Below, in pieces: positions 55,525 through 64,000 of a DNA stretch of 64,000 nt. The DNA lies in sequence record OR424388.1; one strand, 5' to 3'. The notes under the pieces are model-generated. The model was not told the origin of the DNA. It saw nothing but the letters and a program-made list of their open reading frames with translations, and did not search any database. Source of the stretch: Escherichia phage HEMP5. The position numbers and the translations under genes are program-made. Each line of letters opens with the position of its first letter. The stretch's first letter is position 1.

Positions 55525-55554
55525 TTTATTTTCCTAATTAATTTTGATGAGATA

Positions 55555-55584
55555 ATAGTATCACTATCTCATCAGCATGTAAAC
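55555..55584 (-). promoter_or_regulatory. T4-early-type promoter (-35 GTTTAC, -10 TACTAT)
   Basis: Minus strand; 45-bp block nearly identical to the 55225-55275 copy. Confidence 0.55.
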
Positions 55585-55596
55585 AACTTTGTGAAA

Positions 55597-56293
<697 letters not shown>

Positions 56294-56294
<1 letters not shown>

Positions 56295-57019
56295 TATAGT
56301 ACCTTTAGTGTATTTTTAATTTTAGAAAAAAGTTCTTCAAGAGAACCATCGTTTGTAATTACTAAATCGCCATCACGAATTGGCAATCCAGCTTCTGTAA
56401 TATGTGTATCATTGGATTTTTGACCAGGACGAACTACATGAATTACTGTAGCACCCATCGCCCTAGCCGCATCCATTTCATGATCTTGACGGGTATCAGG
56501 AACGATATAATAATCATAACCTGAGTTAAATTTATCAAGATAATCTAAAGCAAATAATTTTACCCAGTACATGCGGTCGAAGTTATTAACAATCAAATCC
56601 GTACCTAGGGCTTGCATCAGACGACGGACTGACCATTGATCTTCAATATTATTTATAACGTCAGTAATTTTGTTAAATGCTACGAAATTAACTGATTCTT
56701 TTCCTTCGTCGTCAAAAACAAACACGCCTTTAATCGGGCTTTTACTATTAAGATAGCAAAATGCTTGTTCCATAATCATAATTACTTCTAATTTAGTCAA
56801 ATTCAAATTAGTCTCACGATCATAGTCAATTCCTTCAAACTCTTTACGAGTTAAGCAAGGATAATCATTGTTTGCAGCAAATACACCCCATGCATAAGCC
56901 AATGCATCCTTAATAGGACCAGCAAGTTGATATTTAACTGCAGAATAATTATTCATGATAAAATCTGCAGTAGTATCTTTTCCACTACGCTTTACACCAC
57001 TTAAAAAGATTAGTTTCAT
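56294..57019 (-). CDS. 1: deoxynucleoside monophosphate kinase gp1
   Basis: 241 aa; P-loop GVKRSGKDT. Confidence 0.95.
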
Positions 57020-57068
57020 GTGTTTCTCCTCAAATTTAGTTAAGATTATAACACATGAAACTGAAGCA

Positions 57069-57599
57069 TTAAACTTCTGCTATAATTTTGCCATCTTTTT
57101 CTACTTGAAAATACGTATAAGGAATCGTTGCTGTGCATACTAAAGCCGGGTCTGAATCTTCCGTGTAGCTAAATTCTACTTCAGACAGGTCAGAAACCCA
57201 GGGCTTATAAAAATTTATTGACATCACGATTTCAGTTTTACTATTATCTAAAATGTAAAGCGTAATGTATTCAGGACCTGTTTTTTGGGCAGTATTTTCG
57301 CCTGTAAGATAGTTACTAGTTCCTAACATCCATTCATACATTCCTATCCACGACTTAAGTTCTTCATCAACTATAAATCTCACAATGAGTGGATCATACT
57401 CAAATGTAACACCTGGACGTTGTGCTCGACCCAGGCCAAATGGCCCAGTCACGGTATCAGTAACAGGTATTCTAATTCCTGGAATAGGAACTGACTGAGC
57501 ATTTAAAGTAAAAGCAGATGTAGTATTACTATGTGGTATTGATACTACAAAGTTAGTTGTATTTGCTTGGTTAAAAATTTGTTGCAGAGCTTGCGACAT
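57069..57599 (-). CDS. 3: tail sheath stabiliser/tail completion protein gp3
   Basis: 176 aa from ATG; the six-frame ORF N-terminal extension starts at TTG. Confidence 0.9.
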   Translation of the reverse strand: MSQALQQIFNQANTTNFVVSIPHSNTTSAFTLNAQSVPIPGIRIPVTDTVTGPFGLGRAQRPGVTFEYDPLIVRFIVDEELKSWIGMYEWMLGTSNYLTGENTAQKTGPEYITLYILDNSKTEIVMSINFYKPWVSDLSEVEFSYTEDSDPALVCTATIPYTYFQVEKDGKIIAEV

Positions 57600-57705
57600 A
57601 TATTCCTCATAATGCTTTATAACTGTTGGTGGTATAATGGGTCTAAGTCCCTTCCATTCAATTCCATTTAGAACAAACAACAGAAAAGAATGGAAGATAA
57701 TAGAA

Positions 57706-58530
57706 TTAGATATTTGACCAGACTTTGTTTGCAGAGAAACGTTTTCCTTTTGAAACGAACTGCTGAAGTGGCATCAATACAACGTTCGCCCAGTCTTTCG
57801 GGGCGATTTCAACAAGGCTACCCATAATATTACCAGGTATATATGCCTTAATCATTTGGTCTGCGCCCCTAAATCCTTTCACTTGACTCCAATCAATTTT
57901 TAATTTCGTTTTATTAGTAATAGTAGGTGTATTTGCATATTGCTTTAAAAGCTCTTCTAGGAATTGCTGACGAGCTTTAGGTGGAATATAGTGCAAGTTT
58001 AATCCGTACATTAAGTTATGCTTACCTAAACCAAGATAAATTATCAAAGGAAATTTATCCCAGTAAGGAAGAGTTTCCTTGTGTTTAGCGTCATAAGCAA
58101 AAGCATATATTCGTCCCGGCTGCGGGCGAACAACTTTATGTCCTTTTACTTGCTTAATAGTTTCAGCAAACCATTTTCTGGTTTTATTATTAATTGCTGC
58201 ACCTTCATTACGAATTTTATCACGCAATGTTTGTCTGAATGAATTTATCATAAGCAGTTGTCTTTCTTGCTTATTGAGCTTATTCATTGGTTTTGATTCA
58301 AGCTTTTGAATCTTTTCAGCCGTTTTAATTCCTGAAGCATATTTTGACATTGCCGAAGTAAACGTAGAGTATTTGATTCCTCTTTCTTCAGCAAATTGCT
58401 TTCCTGTCATTCCTTTTGCTTTGGCCTTTTTATATTCAAGACCTATTTGAATCCATTTCTTTTCGTTTAATGATTGCTTAACCTTTGGAACTTGGGGAGT
58501 GCTTTCATTAATTATTTGAAAAATAGCCAT
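57706..58530 (-). CDS. 2: DNA end protector gp2
   Basis: 274 aa; TAATG overlap with gene 4. Confidence 0.93.
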
Positions 58531-58982
58531 TATGCCCCCTTAAAGCCAAGAGCTCGTAATCCATCTTCTGTTAGAATTCTAAATTTTATTCCACGCTTTT
58601 CAGCTAAAGCTTGCGCTGCTTTCCATTTGTCGGTATTAACGGAATATGTATAAATTTCATTCATAAATCTTTTCTTCGCTGCAGTTGTTAGATGTGCTGG
58701 TTTAACTGGTGGTTGTGTTTCTTTTTTAGGTTTTATTTCAATAAAAAATTCTTGTCCAGAAGAATCTTTCATCCAAATATCCATGAAGTATCTACGTTTT
58801 TTCCCTTCTGCATTACAAAAATAAGGAATTACTGCTGTTTCACTACCCCATGCAATAATTTCTGGATTTTTATCTAACCATTCAAAAAAGAATTTTTCCC
58901 AATTTGATCTATACGTAATTTTTTTAGGGTCACCTCTATATTTTGATATATTTTTAGGAACCCATTTTCCAGAATATGCCAT
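58530..58982 (-). CDS. 4: head completion protein gp4
   Basis: 150 aa; ATG start. Confidence 0.9.
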
Positions 58983-58993
58983 TGGATTCTCCT

Positions 58994-59001
58994 TATAAAT
59001 A
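58994..59001 (+). promoter_or_regulatory. T4 late promoter TATAAATA for gene 53
   Basis: Exact TATAAATA on the plus strand 29 nt upstream of the gene 53 ATG. Confidence 0.65.
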
Positions 59002-59008
59002 GATAATA

Positions 59009-59016
59009 TATTTATA
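59009..59016 (-). promoter_or_regulatory. T4 late promoter TATAAATA for gene 4 (divergent from the gene 53 promoter)
   Basis: Exact TATAAATA on the minus strand about 27 nt upstream of the gene 4 ATG. Confidence 0.6.
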
Positions 59017-59029
59017 AACAGGAGGGCCC

Positions 59030-59620
59030 ATGCTCTTTACATTTTTTGATCCGATTGAATATGCGGCCAAAACGGTGAATAAAAACGCGCCGACTATTCC
59101 TATGACAGATATTTTTAGAAACTATAAAGACTATTTTAAACGCGCTCTTGCGGGATACCGCTTACGTACTTATTATATCAAAGGTTCACCACGCCCGGAA
59201 GAATTAGCAAATACTATATATGGAAATCCACAGTTGTATTGGGTTTTATTGATGTGTAATGATAATTATGACCCGTATTATGGATGGATTACTTCACAAG
59301 AAGCAGCTTATCAAGCATCTATACAAAAATACAAAAATGTAGGTGGAGACCAAATAGTATATCATGTGAATGAGAACGGTGAAAAATTTTATAATTTAAT
59401 ATCATACGATGATAATCCATATGTTTGGTATGATAAAGGTGATAAAGCTAGAAAATATCCTCAATATGAAGGAGCACTTGCTGCTGTTAATACGTATGAA
59501 GATGCTGTTCTTGAAAATGAAAAACTTCGTCAAATAAAAATAATAGCAAAATCAGACATTAATTCATTTATGAACGACCTTATACGTATAATGGAGAAAT
59601 CTTATGGAAATGATAAGTAA
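59030..59620 (+). CDS. 53: baseplate wedge protein gp53
   Basis: 196 aa; GGAGG RBS. Confidence 0.93.
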   Translation: MLFTFFDPIEYAAKTVNKNAPTIPMTDIFRNYKDYFKRALAGYRLRTYYIKGSPRPEELANTIYGNPQLYWVLLMCNDNYDPYYGWITSQEAAYQASIQKYKNVGGDQIVYHVNENGEKFYNLISYDDNPYVWYDKGDKARKYPQYEGALAAVNTYEDAVLENEKLRQIKIIAKSDINSFMNDLIRIMEKSYGNDK

Positions 59621-61331
59621 TAACCTTAATTGGTTTGTTGGTGTTGTTGAAGATAGAATGGACCCATTAAAATTAGGTCGTGTTCGTGTTCGTGTGGTTG
59701 GTCTGCATCCACCTCAAAGAGCACAAGGCGATGTAATGGGTATTCCAACTGAAAAATTACCATGGATGTCAGTTATTCAACCTATAACTTCTGCAGCAAT
59801 GTCTGGAATTGGAGGTTCTGTTACTGGACCGGTAGAAGGAACTAGAGTTTATGGTCATTTTTTAGACAAATGGAAAACTAACGGAATTGTCCTTGGCACG
59901 TATGGTGGAATAGTTCGCGAAAAACCGAATAGACTTGAAGGATTTTCTGACCCAACTGGGCAATATCCTAGACGTTTAGGAAATGATACTAATGTATTAA
60001 ACCAAGGCGGAGAAGTAGGATATGATTCGTCTTCTAACATTATCCAAGATAGTAACTTAGACACTGCAATAAATCCCGATGATAGACCACTATCAGAGAT
60101 TCCAACCGATGATAATCCAAATATGTCAATGGCTGACATGCTTCGCCGTGATGAAGGATTAAGACTAAAAGTTTATTGGGATACTGAAGGATATCCGACA
60201 ATTGGTATTGGTCATCTTATCATGAAGCAGCCAGTTCGTGATATGGCTCAAATTAATAAAGTTTTATCAAAACAAGTTGGTCGTGAAATTACTGGAAACC
60301 CAGGTTCTATTACGATGGAAGAGGCGACGACTTTATTTGAACGTGATTTGGCTGATATGCAACGGGACATTAAATCACATTCTAAAGTAGGACCAGTCTG
60401 GCAAGCTGTCAACCGTTCTCGTCAAATGGCGTTAGAAAATATGGCATTTCAAATGGGTGTTGGCGGTGTAGCTAAATTTAACACAATGTTAACTGCTATG
60501 TTAGCCGGAGATTGGGAAAAAGCATATAAAGCCGGTCGTGATTCATTGTGGTATCAACAAACAAAAGGCCGTGCATCCCGTGTTACCATGATTATTCTTA
60601 CGGGGAATTTGGAATCATATGGTGTTGAAGTGAAAACCCCAGCTAGGTCTCTATCAGCAATGGCTGCTACTGTAGCTAAATCTTCTGACCCGGCTGACCC
60701 TCCTATTCCAAATGACTCGAGAATTTTATTCAAAGAACCAGTTTCTTCATATAAAGGTGAATATCCTTATGTGCATACAATGGAAACTGAAAGCGGACAT
60801 ATTCAGGAATTTGATGATACTCCTGGGCAAGAACGATACAGATTAGTTCATCCGACTGGAACTTATGAAGAAGTATCACCGTCAGGAAGAAGAACAAGAA
60901 AAACTGTCGATAATTTGTATGATATAACCAACGCTGATGGTAATTTTTTGGTAGCCGGTGATAAAAAGACTAACGTCGGTGGATCAGAAATTTATTACAA
61001 CATGGATAATCGTCTTCACCAAATAGATGGAAGCAATACAATATTTGTACGTGGCGATGAAACTAAGACAGTTGAAGGCAATGGAACTATCCTAGTTAAA
61101 GGTAATGTTACTATTGTAGTTGAAGGTAATGCTGACATTACAGTTAAAGGAGATGCTACCACTTTAGTTGAAGGAAATCAAACTAACACAGTAAATGGAA
61201 ATCTTTCTTGGAAAGTTGCTGGGACAGTTGATTGGGACGTTGGTGGTGATTGGACAGAAAAAATGGCATCTATGAGTTCTATTTCATCTGGTCAATACAC
61301 AATTGATGGATCGAGGATTGACATTGGCTAA
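59604..61331 (+). CDS. 5: baseplate hub / cell-puncturing protein gp5 with tail lysozyme domain
   Basis: 575 aa; OB-fold N-terminus, T4-lysozyme-like domain (DEGLRLKVYWDTEGYPTIGIGHL) and C-terminal beta-helix VxGxxxxx repeats. Confidence 0.97.
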   Translation: MEMISNNLNWFVGVVEDRMDPLKLGRVRVRVVGLHPPQRAQGDVMGIPTEKLPWMSVIQPITSAAMSGIGGSVTGPVEGTRVYGHFLDKWKTNGIVLGTYGGIVREKPNRLEGFSDPTGQYPRRLGNDTNVLNQGGEVGYDSSSNIIQDSNLDTAINPDDRPLSEIPTDDNPNMSMADMLRRDEGLRLKVYWDTEGYPTIGIGHLIMKQPVRDMAQINKVLSKQVGREITGNPGSITMEEATTLFERDLADMQRDIKSHSKVGPVWQAVNRSRQMALENMAFQMGVGGVAKFNTMLTAMLAGDWEKAYKAGRDSLWYQQTKGRASRVTMIILTGNLESYGVEVKTPARSLSAMAATVAKSSDPADPPIPNDSRILFKEPVSSYKGEYPYVHTMETESGHIQEFDDTPGQERYRLVHPTGTYEEVSPSGRRTRKTVDNLYDITNADGNFLVAGDKKTNVGGSEIYYNMDNRLHQIDGSNTIFVRGDETKTVEGNGTILVKGNVTIVVEGNADITVKGDATTLVEGNQTNTVNGNLSWKVAGTVDWDVGGDWTEKMASMSSISSGQYTIDGSRIDIG

Positions 61332-61341
61332 TATACTTCCA

Positions 61342-61860
61342 ATGAGCGCTGATTTAGGAGAATCCATGGAAGGTTCTTCTATCGACGTCACCTTTACCGC
61401 TCAATTAGAAACAGGTGAAACGTTAGTATCTATAAATATAACTAGTTACGAAGAAACTCCTGGGGTTTTAGTAGAAGAAAATCGCTTATACGGAACATAT
61501 GAATCTGTGTTTGGATTTGGAAATGACGCGTTGAAATATCGTTTAGGCGATGAATTTAAAACTGCTGCTTCATGGGAAGAACTTCCTACTGATTCTGATA
61601 CTCAGTTGTATTTATGGAAAGCTCCTCAAAACCTCCAGAAGACATTCACTTACGAAGTAACATTAATATATGACTACCAAGAACAAAGTGAATCTGGAGG
61701 TTCTGGCAGTAATTCTAGGTCATCTTCTGATACTACTGAACCGACAGATCCTCCTGCTCCAGTAAGAAAAACTCTCGTTAAAAATTATACTAAAACTATA
61801 GTTGGAAATTGGAGTCGTTGGGCTAATAAATTAAGAAGCTATGTGTATGAGAGGTCATAG
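61342..61860 (+). CDS. gp5.1-like protein
   Basis: About 172 aa from the first ATG after the gp5 stop; the six-frame ORF begins inside gp5. Confidence 0.7.
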
Positions 61861-62154
61861 ATGTCAGGATTAAGTTATGATAAATGTGTTACTGCTGGTC
61901 ATGAAGCATGGCCTCCAACAGTTGTGAATGCTACACAAAGTAAAGTATTCACTGGAGGAATTGCTGTTCTCGTAGCAGGTGATCCAATTACAGAACATAC
62001 AGAAATTAAAAAGCCATATGAAACACATGGCGGAGTGACACAACCCAGAACTTCTAAGGTATATGTCACTGGAAAGAAAGCCGTTCAAATGGCTGATCCA
62101 ATATCATGCGGTGATACTGTGGCTCAGGCATCATCTAAAGTATTCATTAAATAG
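61861..62154 (+). CDS. 5.4: gp5.4 PAAR-repeat spike tip protein
   Basis: 97 aa; PAAR-like motifs; ATG immediately after the upstream stop. Confidence 0.85.
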
Positions 62155-62162
62155 GATTTAAA

Positions 62163-64000
62163 ATGGCAAATACCCCTGTAAATTATCAATTAACAAGAAC
62201 AGCAAATGCTATTCCCGAGATATTCGTCGGGGGTACGTTTGCTGAAATAAAACAAAACCTCATTGAATGGCTTAATGGCCAAAATGAATTTTTGGATTAT
62301 GATTTTGAAGGCTCAAGATTAAACGTTCTGTGTGACCTTTTAGCTTATAATACATTGTACATTCAACAGTTTGGTAATGCTGCTGTGTATGAAAGCTTTA
62401 TGCGTACTGCTAACTTACGAAGTTCAGTTGTTCAAGCTGCACAAGATAACGGATATTTACCTACTTCAAAATCCGCTGCGCAGACCGAAATTATGTTAAC
62501 ATGCACCGACGCATTGAATAGGAATTACATTACTATTCCTCGCGGAACTCGCTTTTTAGCATATGCAAAAGATACTTCTGTTAATCCATATAACTTCGTT
62601 TCTACCGAAGACGTTATTGCTATTCGTGATAAAAATAACCAATATTTTCCGCGTTTAAAATTGGCCCAGGGACGTATAGTAAGAACTGAAATCATTTATG
62701 ATAAATTAACACCTATTATCATTTATGATAAAAATATTGATAGAAACCAGGTTAAATTATACGTTGATGGAGCAGAATGGATTAACTGGACAAGAAAGTC
62801 AATGGTTCATGCTGGTTCTACATCGACAATTTACTACATGCGTGAAACTATTGATGGAAATACTGAATTCTATTTTGGTGAAGGTGAAATTTCTGTTAAT
62901 GCTTCTGAAGGAGCTTTGACCGCTAATTATATCGGAGGTCTTAAACCTACTCAGAACTCTACGATTGTTATTGAGTACATCAGTACTAATGGTGCTGACG
63001 CGAACGGAGCAGTCGGATTTTCATACGCAGATACATTAACAAATATAACTGTCATCAATATTAATGAAAATCCAAACGATGACCCAGATTTTGTTGGGGC
63101 AGATGGCGGCGGTGATCCAGAAGATATTGAGCGTATCCGCGAATTGGGTACTATTAAACGCGAAACCCAGCAACGCTGCGTAACTGCGACTGACTATGAT
63201 ACATTCGTTTCAGAGAGATTTGGTTCTATTATTCAAGCAGTTCAGACTTTCACTGATTCTACTAAACCTGGTTATGCATTTATTGCTGCTAAACCTAAAT
63301 CAGGTCTGTATTTAACTACTGTACAGCGTGAAGATATTAAAAATTATCTCAAAGACTATAATTTAGCTCCTATTACGCCATCAATTATTTCTCCTAATTA
63401 TCTTTTTATTAAGACTAATTTAAAAGTCACATATGCTTTAAATAAGCTGCAAGAATCCGAGCAGTGGCTCGAAGGTCAAATAATTGATAAAATTGATCGT
63501 TATTATACCGAAGACGTAGAAATTTTTAATTCATCTTTCGCTAAATCTAAGATGTTGACATATGTAGATGATGCAGATCATTCTATCATTGGTTCATCAG
63601 CGACTATTCAAATTGTTCGTGAAGTACAAAACTTCTATAAAACGCCTGAAGCAGGTATTAAATACAATAATCAAATAAAAGATCGTTCTATGGAATCTAA
63701 TACGTTTTCATTTAATTCTGGACGAAAGGTTGTAAATCCTGATACCGGTTTAGAAGAAGATGTATTATATGACGTTCGCATAGTATCAACAGACCGAGAT
63801 TCTAAAGGAATTGGTAAAGTTATTATTGGTCCATTTGCTTCTGGCGATGTTACAGAAAATGAAAACATTCAGCCATATACAGGCAACGATTTTAACAAAT
63901 TAGCAAATTCTGATGGACGCGACAAATACTATGTTATCGGTGAAATAAATTATCCAGCTGATGTGATTTATTGGAATATCGCTAAAATTAATTTAACATC
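62163..64000 (+). CDS. 6: baseplate wedge protein gp6, N-terminal about 612 aa (gene runs off the window end)
   Basis: ATG at 62163 (MANTPVNYQLTRTANAIPEIF...) open to the end of the window; not in the six-frame track because no stop lies within the window. Confidence 0.9.
   Translation, partial: MANTPVNYQLTRTANAIPEIFVGGTFAEIKQNLIEWLNGQNEFLDYDFEGSRLNVLCDLLAYNTLYIQQFGNAAVYESFMRTANLRSSVVQAAQDNGYLPTSKSAAQTEIMLTCTDALNRNYITIPRGTRFLAYAKDTSVNPYNFVSTEDVIAIRDKNNQYFPRLKLAQGRIVRTEIIYDKLTPIIIYDKNIDRNQVKLYVDGAEWINWTRKSMVHAGSTSTIYYMRETIDGNTEFYFGEGEISVNASEGALTANYIGGLKPTQNSTIVIEYISTNGADANGAVGFSYADTLTNITVININENPNDDPDFVGADGGGDPEDIERIRELGTIKRETQQRCVTATDYDTFVSERFGSIIQAVQTFTDSTKPGYAFIAAKPKSGLYLTTVQREDIKNYLKDYNLAPITPSIISPNYLFIKTNLKVTYALNKLQESEQWLEGQIIDKIDRYYTEDVEIFNSSFAKSKMLTYVDDADHSIIGSSATIQIVREVQNFYKTPEAGIKYNNQIKDRSMESNTFSFNSGRKVVNPDTGLEEDVLYDVRIVSTDRDSKGIGKVIIGPFASGDVTENENIQPYTGNDFNKLANSDGRDKYYVIGEINYPADVIYWNIAKINLT

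Noticed and set aside
59855-60139. 94-aa minus-strand ORF inside gene 5
   Set aside because: Antisense to the highly conserved gp5 lysozyme domain; no RBS.

Overview
This 64-kb window is a contiguous piece of a T-even (T4-like, Tequatrovirus-type) myovirus genome; it contains no host or plasmid DNA. Gene order is colinear with T4 from soc/56 through to baseplate genes 53-5-6. Everything from 1 to about 58.98 kb is on the minus strand (roughly 120 tightly packed, often overlapping genes); the strand switches at divergent late promoters between genes 4 and 53. The phage is not T4 itself: it has a T2/T6-type glycosyltransferase where T4 has beta-gt, a truncated denV, an intronless nrdD, an RB69-like Soc, no homing endonuclease at the T4 segF/mobC/mobD positions, and an HNH gene where T4 has tRNA-Gln. 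I found 7 tRNAs, a stable-RNA region, about 15 T4-early-type promoters, middle and late promoters, UUCG-type terminator hairpins and the gene 43 translational operator. Many known anti-defence genes are present (dmd, sp, imm, 57B/acb1, internal proteins, a-gt, 42, a 61.2/AdfA-position gene). The least-explained candidates for an undescribed system are: a macro-domain protein (42298-42777), an adjacent P-loop ATPase and Pol-beta-type nucleotidyltransferase (35366-37463), four tandem paralogs with coiled-coil tails (29947-33903), an orphan capsid-targeting-sequence protein next to primase (2475-2639), and a zinc-finger/PD-(D/E)xK-like ORF inside the tRNA cluster (51554-52213). All homology calls are from recalled T4 protein sequences and motif reading, not database searches. 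Coordinates of hand-derived features (small ORFs, tRNAs, promoters, hairpins) may be off by 1-2 nt.
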